A DNA stretch of 64,000 bases from Eledone cirrhosa (Eukaryota). The position numbers and the translations under genes are program-made. The first letter of the stretch is position 1; the number at the start of each line of letters is the position of its first letter. The DNA is taken from the NCBI GenBank assembly GCA_964016885.1, contig OZ024745.1, forward strand, positions 61,938,001 through 62,002,000. Reading direction: 5' to 3'. Positions 38,346-52,730 of this stretch are shown here, in pieces. Below the pieces are notes generated by a model, which saw nothing but the letters and a program-made list of their open reading frames with translations, ran no database searches and was not told the origin of the DNA.

Positions 38346-39512
38346 ATATATATATTTATTTATATACAGATAGAGAGTGAGAAATATAGATGTTTTGTGA
38401 TTCTCCGCATTTGTGTGCCATTCGGGCGGAGATGTCATCCATTGTAATATATACTTATCAGCATATATCATTAATCATTATTAAACTGTAAATGAATAGA
38501 CGGGAAATGTGCACTTAGTTCTACTATTCAAAGTTTGTCAGATTTTCCAGCTCGAAGCACATTTTCCTGATGTCATTGTTATTTTAGCGTAATTATCTTT
38601 ATAATTGTTAGTAATTCTATGCTGGTATTTCTCATAACATATCGAGGTGTTTTTGTTAGTAAAAGTAAAGTGAAACCAATATTCGGAATAGCATTTTATA
38701 CTTTGATGTAATAGTATTATTCGTATACCTACTACGTAGGTGAATACCTTGTTATAGTTTTAAGGAGAAAAGACATTGAGTGTATGATATATGAATTATT
38801 GTTTCCTGATTGCTAACATTTAAATTCACTTACGATTCAAATACACCGGGGAAAAGTATAAAAGTTCACCATTCCTATTATAATTCCAATACCCAAGACA
38901 ATGTCAGGATTCACGCACAAAAAACCGTAATTATATTTTTAAGAATTATACAAGGGAAATGTTAATTACGACGAGAAATCGAAGTATGCTTACAAAACCT
39001 AAAGAAAGAAAATGGTGAAGTAATAATAAGAAAACTAAATGCAAATGGATTTTCGATTCGAGATCAATATATTTGTATGTTTAGTGAAAATAAATTCTGT
39101 CAAATTGTTTGTAAATCCGAAGAAGAAAGTTTAACATCAAAGCAAACCAAATTCGTCATGACGTGCATTGAATGTAAATTTAAAGCGATTTTGTTTTACA
39201 ACATCGAATCTCTTTGTAAATAAATTACATTCTCTAATGCCATTCCAATGTTAACACTTTTAAAATTTTACTGACGTATTATTCACGTGAATATATTTTT
39301 AATAATGGAGCTTAACTCTCATTATTTAAGATCATTTGTATTACATTATCTGTTATAAAAATTGATTTTAATGTCTCCGTTCTAGACAATATCCACATGT
39401 TCGATAAGTTGTTGAAGCAACATTTCGGTTAGAATCATATCATTTAACCATTTGTTGATATTTCCGAATTGGGACAATTTAGTATCACTCAAACAAGACC
39501 CCTTTCCCACGC

Positions 39513-39553
<41 letters not shown>

Positions 39554-39557
<4 letters not shown>

Positions 39558-39712
39558 AAAAGAATCAGGACCCTGAGCTGCGGCCGTTTCAACAGCTAGA
39601 TCCGAACTTGAGCTCAGCCGTCGGGGTCCTGATTCTTTTCCTATTACCCACTCTACTACCTTAAGTATTGAGTACTCTGGTGCGTTATGATATCAAACCC
39701 TCTTTGTTATTT
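39554..39712 (+). mobile_element. Family E pLTR-like remnant with fold-back
   Basis: Arms TAGGAAAAGAATCAGGACCC/GGGTCCTGATTCTTTTCCTA; tail matches the reverse complement of 3095-3143. Confidence 0.7.
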
Positions 39713-40824
39713 ACATATATATATATATAGTTACAATTTGCTTACAAAGCAAAAATTAAAAGACAATGCATTTAATTATTCATACGTGTGTTTGCGTGTG
39801 TGTCCGTGTTTTTGCGATAGGTGTCAGTAAGTATATATAAGATAACACTTATTACGTTAGCTACAGTATTTTTTTAAAGTTGTGCGCACTTAATAGTTCT
39901 AACTGACACTTCTCGGAGGTTTAAAGGTGCAGGCACGTGTCGTTTCTTTATATTACAACATATGATAAGGTGCTGGCTTTTTTTTAAATCTTTAGCTTAC
40001 AGATAAAATTGGCCATGGATTTAATGACTTCAATGCTTTAAGCTTTCTTCATTTGTCAAGTTGATTTTATTTCTCAATATGACGCATGTATATGGAGATG
40101 TTCAAGGATTCGGATCTGTAATATATGAAACGTACCATGGATATGATTCAAAGTGCAACATATATTCGCATGCATATATATGTGATGTCGATGTGGTATT
40201 CTTCATTGGACCATTTCCTCGACAGATGATGTTTGCATGTGAGTCAATTGTATACATATTTCCCCCATACAGATTGCCAGGAAAGGGCTGTTTCTCTGTC
40301 CTTCGTTTCTCTGTCTTCTTAAACTTAATATTGATAATGGATACTCTGTATAGGTAGAAGTTTAGCACACTCTGTCCTGCATTTCTGCTGGATATGGCGC
40401 TGACAAGTTGCCCGATCTGTAGTGAAGCGGCTACTCTTTAGAAGATCGTGTTGTTATCAATTTCCTCTGTTAATTTACGAAGTGAGATTGAAGGACGGAT
40501 TCAGTACTGTTAGGATGATCAATGTTGAATTCTTTATTATCATCCATGTTTCATATATTGTGGCAGTCTCTTCTACCAAAACTGTGATGACGAGGATCAC
40601 TTGGCATCTGTTTGTAAGTATTGTCAAAGAAACTAAAGTAAGTTGTGTTTACGACCACGGAGAAGCTGATGGATGTCACGGGAGACGCCTAACAGTAGAG
40701 GAAATAGTAGAACCGCCATTAAGGTGAGAGCTGGAGAAGAGGGTACTGAGTTCTTCATGTAATAGACAAAGAAGCCTAGCATTTCATCCCTATGCTCTTG
40801 GGAAACATAATTTGCAACGTAATA

Positions 40825-41002
40825 ATTGTTTCTACTTTAGGCACAAGGCCAGCAATTACCCAGTGCATTACTGGTACTTTATTTTATCGACCCCGTAAGG
40901 ATGAAAGGCAAAGTCAACCTCGGCGAGATTTGAACTCAGATCGTAAAGGGACGTAACTATGCTGGAAAGCATAGCGTCCGGCCCTCTACCGATACTGCCA
41001 AC
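40825..41002 (-). mobile_element. tRNA-derived SINE (family with TTTGCCTTTCATCC..GGGGTCGATAAAATAAAGTACC core)
   Basis: B box GAGTTCAAATC on the minus strand; five related copies in the window. Confidence 0.85.
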
Positions 41003-41759
41003 CATTTACATTTTTGCATAAATGTCATATTTTTTAGGTGCTTGTATTAACCAGGTTATTCTCTTATTGATTATCTGAGCTCTATGTCCATGTGCAAGGG
41101 TAGGCATAATTTGAAAATAACAATTTTGGTTTCAGTTGTAAATATTCAACCAGGCTTAGGTTGAAGAAGAAGAAGAAGAAGAAGATACGTAGCATCACTA
41201 GTATTCAGCGAGAGCTTGGGACACTTTTATTTAGACTCACCACTTACTGTTACGTTTCACACGGGATAGTAAAAAAACCCCAAACTATGTGAAGTATTGA
41301 AAGTACACGCCTCTATGGGAAACCCTATTTGTCTATGAAATCAACGTTTAAATTCATTCCCAACATAAAACATTACATTTCGAGGTATCAGATTTGCCAA
41401 AATCATGCAATATTCTAATTAAAGTAGATAAAATTCTAATGCTGAATTGACGTTGCATATACATATTTCAATCTATACTCAATGATATTGGGATGTGTAG
41501 GTCTCCAAATATACGGGAAAATATCAACATCTAATATTGTTTGTCAAGCATGATTAACGGTAGAGACTACATTGACGTTTGACTGGCTAGAGATAGCAGT
41601 CAAATCTGCATCAAATCATAATGAAGGAATGACATAAATCCAAACACTCTCCAGCTCAATAAGGGTGGCATGGGGTGGCAGGGTCGTATTAGATCTTAGC
41701 GCTGCTCGATTAGAACTCGTCTGGAGCTAACAACAAATTAACGAAAACACAATAATAAT

Positions 41760-42420
41760 TATTTCATTTGTTGGCCACAAGGGCCGACGTATAGGGGACA
41801 ATACAAAAGACTGGGACAGTGGGTTTTAAAGAAAGATCGAGTAAACAATATGAATAACAATAACAGTAACAATAAAAATACAAGAAAAATTCCCCAATAG
41901 AGGGGGGGGGGATGACCACCCAGGGTTCGCTCAGGTACCGCACCAATCCTGGACAGCACCCGGGATAGGTACCCCTCTCCTCCTCAAATTTACCCACCTA
42001 CAGGCGCATGGTCAGAGTAGGCCCACTCACACGGGCCATTCTCGCTACATTCACCCACCTTTCAGCAAATGTACTGGGGGGGGGGGGGCAGCACTTCTCT
42101 ATCCACCTTCACCTTACTTTCCAAGTGAAACTTGAAAAAGTTGATGAGGGATTGGCCGAAGAGAAAATTGTCTTCAGTCCTTTCAACCTCGTCCACCATA
42201 CAACCTCTTTCGCTACTGCCACCAGACAGAGGAAAATTGCCTGCCCTTCCTGGCCAAAAGAAGGCGGCGGGGCGATCTTCACTATGGACTCGGCCGAGAG
42301 CCGGATCCGTTCTACACGCGACAACAGCTGTTCGACATAACTCCATAAGTCAGTAATGCACGGACACTGGACGAGTGCGTGCAGAACGGTTTCCTCGCTC
42401 GGCGCGCATCTCGGGCAGGT
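41760..42420 (-). mobile_element. L1/Tx1-clade LINE 3' fragment
   Basis: CCHC knuckle CPRC..EETVLHALVQC..W followed by the AKEVVWWTR motif; T-rich 3' UTR. Confidence 0.75.
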
Positions 42421-45400
42421 CAACGAAAACAATAATAATAACAACGGTTACGAATTAAACACACGTCGAAATAAATGGTTTTTCTAAACTTGGTTGGTTA
42501 TTTCACTCACAGAATTTGTATATATACACGGAGTCAATCGCTGAAAGCAGAGTATAAGAAGCAGTTTAATATTGGTGCAAAATGATATGTGCAACTACAT
42601 TAGTTATTCATAAAATTTGCAGAAGGATTTCGTTATTAATCTGCTACTAAATGACTTCTTCGGATTTTCTTAGTAATTTCATGCTGAACAGAGAGATAAT
42701 AGATATTAGTTGCGTTTCTATCATATCTAACCAGTCTAGAAATAATCAAAACAAGGTGTTCTAAATGATTGTAAAATATAACTTAGTTAATATATATGTT
42801 TTCTGCGTGTGTCCGTAGGCATGTAGTTTAGCGTGTATGTTCTTTATGTGTGTCCGTGTGTATTAACTGTTTGTTTTTTCTTTCCTTAACATTGGTTTGT
42901 AGCAGCCTTTAAAGGAAGATTGACTTAGCATATTGGGTCGAGGGTGTACTTCCTTTTCCTTTAACTAATAACTCCCGTGGAGTCGTTAAGGCACCGTAGT
43001 TACTTACTGACTGTGGGTCGAAATGCTTGAAGCTAGTCTGAATCATTTTCCAATCCCCATTCCATATGTCTTTAATTTTTGATGGAGCGTTTTAAATATT
43101 CAACGCATAGTTGACACGGTTTGTATTTTATAAAATGAAACGCTGTACACAGCTAAAGAAAATTTAAACACGGGACTGAAGGCAGTCCGGCTGAACACTG
43201 TATCTATTTATTGCATGTTTACAATTCCGAAATATGAATTGAAAAATAAAACAAATAGTAACAAAGAGCCCTCAAATTCCACAGCAACATTACTGTTTAC
43301 TCAAAAAGTCACAAATACATAATTTCAGTAGGTCTATATAATCACAATACATTTTTATAAATGCCAACTGTTTTGTAGTTACATGAAAGATTTAAATATT
43401 GTTTCCTGTATGCAAGAAAAGCATTATTATGAGTGATTATTATGGGATATTCTGTATAGATAACACAGGATTGAGAATAGAGCTGCTGATCCCTCTATAT
43501 ATGTCACTAAATAAAAAAACATTGCCTATAAAGTGATTACCACATTTGCCTACGGCATAACATTATCTAATGTAAGGAGTACAGAGAAACATTCATTTAT
43601 ATCACGGAAAAATGTAATACATTGGGTATATAACTTCATCTTTAAAGTTATAATATGATTCAGGCAAGGACTAGTTTGTGTTTAAAGTTGATGCATTTAT
43701 TATATGGCTGATATGAAATATTACGAATTATCGAGAGTACTTCATATGATGAATGTACGAAGATGTAACTTGCAAAATAGAGATATTTCTCTTGAAATTA
43801 AATATTTACAAATATAAATAAAATGAAACATAAAATGAAAAAAAAGATTTAGCTATCTTGATATTTTTATAGTAAATATACAGTAAACAGAAATATATTT
43901 ACTATCTAAAGGTAACACTAATTTATTGTATTATGTGTTGTTACTGTTGGAGAAAAATCCTAAAATAAATAAGCCATCACAATAGGTAATTTGTTTAGGA
44001 GATGCAATACGTGAACAATACACCCTAATTACAAATATATACAACTAAAATTACAAGTTATTTATATCAGAAATACATTCCTCGCTTGCCTATTAAAATG
44101 CCAAACTAAAAGCCACGTCATCAAGAAAGAAAAGTCAAAATTCAAAAGAGTCTTTATTTTCTACGTATATTAGGAAGTTTGAAAATTAACGTCATCGGCT
44201 ACAACATTTTAAAGTCTACTTTTCGTTTATATTTGTTTATTTTTGTGGATATATGTAAAAGGCCATTTCTATAAATATCAAAAGCAGAAGAGGTAAATAT
44301 TTTGTTCCACTTCATAATAATGCACATACAACAACTAATCAATGATTTGGATATATTTATAGCTTCAGAGTTATCATGGTTATATAAAAGCTCTTATTAT
44401 AATCGATATTATATGGCAGTCAAATATAAAGAGTACAAAATGTAAATTTCTTTTAGCAAATATACCAAACATAACACATATAAAGGAAAGAATTTTGTAT
44501 CATGAACTCTGTAGGAATGAAAAAAATACAAACCTGAAATTATTTGAGAATCTCACAAAATTTCCGTAAACTGGAAGATAATTTCATGAAAATATGAATT
44601 AATAACTCTGCCAAAGTATACCACAAAGTTGAACCGGAATATGTCAACATATACCAGAGAAAACATGAATTAAACATGTATATACAATCCTCATAAATTT
44701 GGTGAATATTTGCAACTAGAACCAACATTTTTATCTTCAAAATTTGCCTGATATATTTTGAAAAGTGCATAAGCGACAAAGAACATCATATATAGGATAT
44801 AACACAATACAACATAGGAATATGTGATAGAAAATCATATATCCAATGCCAAAATAAATCAAAATGAAACATTGAAAGGCTACTCAGAGTGAAACCGGCT
44901 AGTGCAAACACTAATTAGACAATCGTGATTATTTCTGAAAGCCTACCTATATTACTTTGAAATAATTTATTTTTAAAACATTAGTAGAATGCTCAAATAT
45001 TAATATTTCCCCCAATAACGAGATTTATTCAGAATTCCTTAATGGATTAATGTAGTTTAAAAATCGTGTTAAATATATTAACCGCACACGAAAATAAGCG
45101 GATACATTAACATTATTCAATGCAATATCAACTCATTGCAGATTATGTTATCATTCTTTTGTATATTGTATTTGAATGCATCAATTCTCAAAGCATTACA
45201 CTGGACGAATATTAGCAAACAATGTTCCGATGGTCATTTACTATTCGAGGGCTTCAATATGCTGTCTACGTTTCTGAATACTTACTAGCGACAGTGTTCG
45301 GTTGGGTGTGTAATTAGCCCTCATTTAAACTGAGATTCACTTGTCAATAGCGACGATGAGAAAATGCCTAAATGAAATAATTCAATGGCATTGTCATTGT

Positions 45401-46094
45401 ATAAATAGTACAGATGCACAGGTGTATGCCTGCAAGCTAAAATAAGATCATTGTATTTGATATAACATGCTTTGGGGGTATTGCAATACTTTAAGACATA
45501 TAGTTGCTACTGCTATTATTCAATAAATGCTAATTCTATTCAATATTTAAAAACAAATCTGGTTAGAACCAAGTTGGAGCATATATTCCCTTTTTTATCA
45601 ACATCTTTCTTTTCCTAATTTTGTTATAGCACACTCTTCTGGTATCCAGCCAAACTGATAATACAGAGTTGTGCATTAGGATAATGACATATTAGAATCG
45701 ATATACTGTTAGACTAAATGCTATAATCTTGTCGCTGTAAATTTCTGTTAACCCCAGATTTCTTCACTAAATTACGTCGATGTAATAAGTATTAGATACA
45801 GTCACTATATCACTTCCCAGGAAACGAAATAAAAATAATATACCAGTATACAATGCATGTTTTAATGAATTGATCATTTTCCAAAATGTTAAATCCAGTC
45901 AATTAACCCTCCCCCCACAAAAAAAAGATATAGAAAATTACGCAGTGCATCAACACTTCATTTCTACTTTGTTTTTATAATGTGTGTATGTGTACCTGTT
46001 TATGTGTGCGTGGGGGAATAGAGGGAGTGAGAAAGTGAGATCGAGTGAGAGGGATAGAGAGAGATAGATATATTTCTTTATTAGCCACAAGGGC

Positions 46095-46250
46095 TGAGTT
46101 TCTACTTTTGGCACAAGGCCAGCGAATACCCCAGTGCACCACTGGTACTTTATTTTATCGACCTCGTAAGGATGAAAGGCAAAGTTAACCTCGGCGGATT
46201 TGAACTCAGAACGCAAAGGGCCATAACTGACGCTCTACCGATACTGCCAA
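46095..46250 (-). mobile_element. tRNA-derived SINE copy
   Basis: Homologous to 40825-41002. Confidence 0.85.
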
Positions 46251-46718
46251 ACCAAACAGAGAGATAGATAGATAGATAGATAGAGTGAGAGAGAGAGAAA
46301 GGCTGTTGAAATTGTTTAATACGAATAAAAATTATTCGAATAGCTTAAAATAATTGCCAAAATGATTAGAATATCAGTAGTTGATTTAATATATTTTTCG
46401 TATTACATAATTGAATTTATTTAGTTACGTGCTTACTGAAGTGAATATGTTAATACTTACTTAACGCTGCGTACTTAATCTGATTCTCCTAGTGTCTAGT
46501 TTTATTTTAACATCACAATGCAATTTATTGGGCCCCTAAATATGAGTATACCAATGACTTTGTTTTAATAAAAGACACACACACACATATATACACGACG
46601 ATACACCAAGACACACATCCGGTGTTGGGATTTTATATATCTCCTCTCTTGATCATAGCAGGGAAAGCTTATGGTTGTCGCGTGAATTTCTTATTATGTG
46701 TGTGTGTGAGTGTGTGTA

Positions 46719-46754
<36 letters not shown>

Positions 46755-46795
46755 TGTGTGTGTGTGTGCGTGCACGTATGTATATATATATATAT

Positions 46796-46958
46796 AGTTT
46801 TAATATAGATGAGATTCTACCGGACTAGAACTGTTTCATTCTAAAGAATGAAACAGTTCTAGTACTGTAGAATCTCATCTATATTAAAACTTTTATACTC
46901 TGCTATGTATTGAGTACCTTACTTACTGTGGTTACCTCCGATTCAACCCGGAATAACG
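46796..46958 (+). mobile_element. TA-flanked fold-back remnant (family F)
   Basis: ~47 bp arms 46796-46891 with apex ATTCT-aa-AGAAT; tail is homologous to 58665-58790 and 63520-63625. Confidence 0.72.
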
Positions 46959-46972
46959 TATATATATATATA

Positions 46973-47379
46973 TAAGGGATAACAAGTTATCGTTATAGGT
47001 AATCCAGTTAGAGGTTGTGAATACTCCGTATTGTGGATAGTTTTAGCGTACGGCGTTGTTTGACTCAACAAGAGGTCTCTTTAGGTAGTGAGTATATGAG
47101 TTCTCGGGAGTTCCTATGTAAGTTAATCTTGGAGTAATAATAGTGAAAGAGTGAAGAATAACATGTTCAACAGTACAAAAAGAGTTTTATTTACAGTATT
47201 AACAATTGTTTCGTTGGTTAAGTTGTCTTAAAATTGCTAATCACTTGAAGTTGTGTCACTCAATTTTAAATACGATGTATGCTCATTTTAAGACAACTTA
47301 ACCAATGAAACAATTGTTAATACTGTAAATAAAATCCTTTTTGTACAGTTGACCATGTTATTCTTCACTCTTTCACTAT
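46973..47379. mobile_element. TA-flanked fold-back remnant with HHR 3' half
   Basis: Arms 47140-47235 and 47285-47379; GAAACAATTGTT at 47307-47318. Confidence 0.72.
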
Positions 47380-47879
47380 ATATGTATATATATATATATA
47401 TACTAATTTAAAGTATCATGACATATATATCATATATGATGAATATGTTTCTCAGCAGAAAAGCTCAATGGACGTTTGTCCATAGCATCAATCATTCAAA
47501 GTAAAAGATATATGTATATAGCTATATATCATTAGAGAGACACTTATTATTTTGTACATATATATATAAAGCATATACTATTTATACCTTTAAGGTGAAA
47601 AGTTATTTTCTAATCTTGAGAATTTTGAGATATTTGATTTTATATTCTTCTTTTCTACAATAACAGTTGGATAAAAAGATGTTTTCACAAAAGAGTATCC
47701 ACTGTTTCATTCACTTTGATTGCCACGGTTGATTTTAATTATATATTTTTCAAAGGATTGTTCAGTTCAATTTAGCTTACGGCGAAAGTTTCTGATATTG
47801 TTCTGACGTTACTGTACATTAAATGTTTGTGGGGAATTTATAAACTTTAGTAATGTATGCAAAATATATTTTGATTTGA

Positions 47880-48000
47880 ATTGGCAGTATCGGTAGAGGG
47901 TTGGACGCCATGTTTTCTAGCATAGTTACGTCCCTTTACAGTCTGAGTTCAAATCCCTGCCTTTCATCCTTACGAGGATGCCTAAAGTAGAAACAACTGT
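47880..48000 (+). mobile_element. tRNA-derived SINE copy (internally deleted)
   Basis: TGGCAGTATCGGTAGAG..GAGTTCAAATCC..CCTTTCATCC. Confidence 0.78.
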
Positions 48001-49829
48001 TTTGATTACCATTTAACTTTTTCTGGGATATATTCATTTCCTCTGGTATCTCGAGTTTCACTTGGTGACTTGGTTCTGTCTAAACAGCGACTATATCTGT
48101 CTTCGATCTAAAACGTGACTGACTTGTGTATCATTCACATAATCATTAATAGCTCTGCTATACATAGAGTGGATATTGAATCTCTTATTCTTTGTAACAT
48201 ACGTGTCCGAATTTCTTTCAAATTTTCTCTTTTTGATATGTTTATTCCTGTTACATGTCTTGTTTCCTAATTCACACTCTCTAGATATGTTTTTTTTTAC
48301 TATATATTTGTAGAATTAAGATCAGGTTATTTGACCTGTTCCTGTAATGTTACGTTGTATTTCCACGTGGGAGAGATTGCTTACTTTTGTTTCTGTCGTT
48401 GGTTAGATTTGGTTTCTTCAATGATAATCTCTCTCTTCATTGACAAAGGGTTATTTCTAGGTGTTACATATATTACTCCTGAATATGTTTTGTTCACCCA
48501 TACTGAATTTGAACACGCCATCGCCTGCTTCCCTCAAATTCATCTCATCACTGAATGTAGTCATTACCCTGTACCTATATTCCACTCTACGAACACTGCG
48601 AATCATCTAGTCTGAACTTGCTAATTCCTATATCTTCTCTAAACAAGCTGTCATCTCCTTTATGTTCACCAATGGCCTATAATGCTGTAGTTCTCTCCAT
48701 AAAGTTCGTTTATTATTCTCCGTCTACAACACCACCCTTCTCAGCTTAGTTCGTTACTTACATCTTCGCTAATCGTCTGCCCACTGAGACTCTTCACATC
48801 AAACTGTTTATCCTTCGCTTATTTAATCATTTCACAGAATATTTTCCAGACCTGCGGCTGGAAACAACTCTCTTGTCCATGAAATTACGCTAGCCAAATA
48901 TTTAACACCCTGGTCTTAATTCCTAATCCCTATTTCGTTCATAGCCACTTATCACCTCACAAACACAGATATACGCATACACATGTTAACACCTTAGAAA
49001 CCCACATATCATGAACACTCATGCAGTACATTGGCTACACACGTATGCTACAAAACCGACAGAAAGGAACATACTACAGACGCTCAAACAACAGAAACGA
49101 AATATCTAAGACGACACGTGGATGCCACAATGAAACAATCACACACCATGCACAACAAATAATGCGTTATAGCAAAACATATATAGCCTTAAAGACAACT
49201 ACCCATTCACAAGTATGTCCGAGTGGCAGCGATCGACATAATATTTACACATATACGTATAATTATACACACTCCACTCAGTCACAGTCATTCCCCCACA
49301 GAAATATACAGCACACAAAATCAATATAAACAAACAGCAAAACGTACATACACATTCCCGCAATGATATACAAATAAAATCTAAATCCATATACAAATTC
49401 CAGTTGCAAATTGTTATACAAGCATATAGTGCAACGAAAACGTTAAAAGCATAAAACACACACACAACGATACACATCCTCAACAACGAAGTCCTTCACA
49501 ACAAAAATATATTCAAATAACATAAACACACATACACTAAAACACACAATTGACACCACACGCACATACATATACTTTCGCAGTTTACGAATGTTGCTAT
49601 CTTTCGGACAACCGTCTATATTCCAACAAGCAGTTTAGGAATTCCTTGGAAATAGATTCTACCGAATTGTATTAAATGAATGGGGTGTATACATGTGTAT
49701 TAAATGAATAAGATGTATATGTGTATTTTAAAGAAATAGGAAATATATGTACGTATTAAAATATAGCCGGTAAATATAAATCGCACCTTGGATTATTGGT
49801 GGGGAACAAATTAATATTATTTAAACCTA

Positions 49830-49930
49830 CCGAGGTTAACTTTGCCTTTCATCCTTATGGGGTCGATTAAATAAAGTACCAGTAATACCCTGGATAATTG
49901 CTGGCCTTGTTCCAAAAGTAGAAACAATTA
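49830..49930 (+). mobile_element. SINE core and 3' fragment
   Basis: CCGAGGTTAACTTTGCCTTTCATCC..GGGTCGAT..GTACCAG. Confidence 0.78.
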
Positions 49931-50543
49931 TTTAAACCTACCTACAGAGAATTAGTATTGATTCATATTGCCTAAAACTTAGAAGGTGCTTGTAATTTGT
50001 GAACAAAATCTTTAGGGGTGTATGACGTTAACATTTTGTTTAATCTGAATATGTTTAAACATGTTGCTTTGCATATATTAAATTCTTCATTCCTTCACGA
50101 TTTTATCAGCTAAATTGTGTTATTAACATGTTTATTAAGTCCATGCCTTATCTATCAGCGATAGAAGTAATTTGAATAATTTAAATATAATATATGAAAT
50201 GTACATAACGCAACAAATGTTAATCTTTAATTGAGGAGTGGTAACAAAATATTTTCAAATAAATTGATGTTTCGTAATATAGAGTGACCAATGCTTATTA
50301 GAATGCTGTTGAAGTATGCATACATTTTTGGGGGACACCCTGCATATTGTTAAGTTTAGTTACGGAAGCGTAACTTGACATGGAACTAGGACTAATACGT
50401 TCGAATTGTGTTAAACGAGCAATGAAACGTTAGGCATATAATAAATTTGATCTCAATTACACCTTTAAAGTAATTTCTTGTAGTATTTTATAGATAGTGA
50501 TTTCCGGTTAGGACTTCAGTTGAGAATTAGCATACACCCACAC

Positions 50544-50602
<59 letters not shown>

Positions 50603-50678
50603 TGTATGTGTATATATATGTGTATATATATATGCATGTATGTGTATATATATGTGTATATATATATATATGTGTATG

Positions 50679-50710
<32 letters not shown>

Positions 50711-50761
50711 CATCGCTCCTCTCTCTCTCTCTATATATATATATTATATATATATATATAT

Positions 50762-50930
50762 AACGAAGGAATTGTGGTAAGGAACCAGATGGACCATAAC
50801 GCACCAGAGTACTCAATACTTAGGGTAGTAGAGTGGGAAAGGTATGACCCCGACGGCAGAGCCTAAGCCGTTTCGACGGTTATTTCTGGAAACGGCTTGA
50901 GCTCTGCCGTCGGGGTCATACCTTTTCCTA
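50762..50930. mobile_element. Family E pLTR-like remnant with fold-back
   Basis: Arms 50836-50874 and 50889-50928; left tail matches 3064-3140. Confidence 0.75.
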
Positions 50931-51141
50931 TATATATATATATATATAGGGAGGGAGGGAGAGAGAGTCTGTGGTGCTGAGACTGGGTAGACCACTAATC
51001 ATGGGAGTACTCATTGGGGAGATGCTGAGTGGATATAAAAATATGTAAATACCGACCGCCACTCCGAGCAGTTTTTCCGACACACATGCCGAAACTGCTC
51101 GGCGCCGCGATCTGGATTTTACGTCTCGCTCTCCCTCCCTT

Positions 51142-51190
<49 letters not shown>

Positions 51191-51192
51191 AT

Positions 51193-51231
<39 letters not shown>

Positions 51232-51238
51232 AATACAT

Positions 51239-51283
<45 letters not shown>

Positions 51284-51409
51284 CATACAGTTGCGGACTG
51301 GATCTAAAAATATTGGTTGTCAGGATATGAAAGGGGCCCATCTACATATAGAATTCTATCATTTAATTTTTATAATGAATAAATAACATAAACAAAAAAT
51401 ACATAAGTA

Positions 51410-51804
51410 TTAATAGCTCTAGGAAAGCCATGAACGGCGCCACATTCTTTTAACTTCGATTTTGAAAGTAGGTTTATAATTATTAATTTTCATTTTACTA
51501 ATTGGAGAACTCATGCCCGGTGGTGATCCTGGCCTGAAGTTCGTCCCTGGTCGGGAGTAGGGTTCCCGGCAAACCTTTTCAGTTTTTTCTTATGGATGTA
51601 AAATAAAAACTGAAAAAAGATTACATGTGCCTCTCGACCAGGATTGAACCCAAGACCAGGATCTCCACTGTCTCTAGTACCTACCGCTAGTCCACTGTCT
51701 ATTGAAAATTCATAATTATCAACCTACTTTCAAAATTTTTAAAATAAAATGATGTGCTGTCATTCATGTCTTTCTAAATGTTATTGCTCCTACTTAAGGT
51801 CGAC
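51410..51804. mobile_element. Imperfect palindromic element with tRNA-like B boxes, copy 1
   Basis: Direct homolog of 52107-52552. Confidence 0.65.
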
Positions 51805-52106
51805 TTCTAAATCATTTGAGTGTTCCATCCTCGTTTTGTTTCTCATCTATCTAGACTATATTTTAAGCTCTAATCCATGTTTCATTTCTGTTGCACCTCA
51901 TTTCTTCCCCGCCTCTTTGTCTCTTTCTCTCTGTGATATTTGAATCTACTATGATTCATATATATATGTTTTTACATGTCAGATTCAAACTCACAATGAT
52001 TGACATTATATATATTTGTTTGTTATATAATAAAACTAAATTAATTCAACAGTTAAACACATATAGGAATAATCAGGTTGTTACCAAAGAGCCAGAATAT
52101 TGACAA

Positions 52107-52552
52107 GTCGACCCTAAATATGACTAATAGCTCTAGGAAAGCCATGAACGACACCACAACTTCTTTACTTTGATTTTGAAAGTAAGTTTATAATTATTAA
52201 TTTTCATAACAATTTTGTAGCTGTCTCCGCGGCTTAGTCGGAGAAATCATAGACGTTATTTTCCTGGTCCGAGGTTCGATCTTGACCGTGAGTAGTGCTC
52301 CTGGTAAAATGTTAAAATTTTTTCTATGCGATGTAAAGTAAAAACTGAAAAAGATTACATGTGCCTCTCGACCAGGATTGAACCCAAGACCAGGATCTCT
52401 ATCGCCTCTAGAACCTACCAGTAGTCCACTGAAACAGCCACGAAAATCTTCTGAAATTAATACTTACAAACCTACTTTAAACATTTTCAAAATAAAATGA
52501 TGTGGTGTCGTTCATGTCTTTCTTAATGTTATTGCTCCTAGTTAAGGTCGAC
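52107..52552. mobile_element. Imperfect palindromic element with convergent tRNA-like B boxes, copy 2
   Basis: Ends GTCGACC..GGTCGAC; arms GAAAGCCATGAACGACACCACA / TGTGGTGTCGTTCATGTCTTTC. Confidence 0.7.
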
Positions 52553-52730
52553 TCATATATATATATATATATATATACATATACATACACACATACATAA
52601 ATATATATGTACACATACACACACACATAAATATATATATGTATATATATATATATACAATGTCAATTATATCCCTAGGGATTGTTGTACAACTTGAAAA
52701 CATGTTATGTATGTATATATATATATATAT

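Noticed and set aside
40300-40780. Possible coding segment (ORF 40422-40727)
   Set aside because: No recognisable motif on either strand; likely decayed repeat or non-coding DNA.
48000-48950. Possible decayed LINE endonuclease on the minus strand
   Set aside because: Only compositional resemblance; no intact motif could be read.
51064-51102. Hairpin CCGAGCAGTTT/AAACTGCTCGG as a ribozyme or terminator
   Set aside because: Single copy with no CUGANGA in a suitable position; function unsupported.
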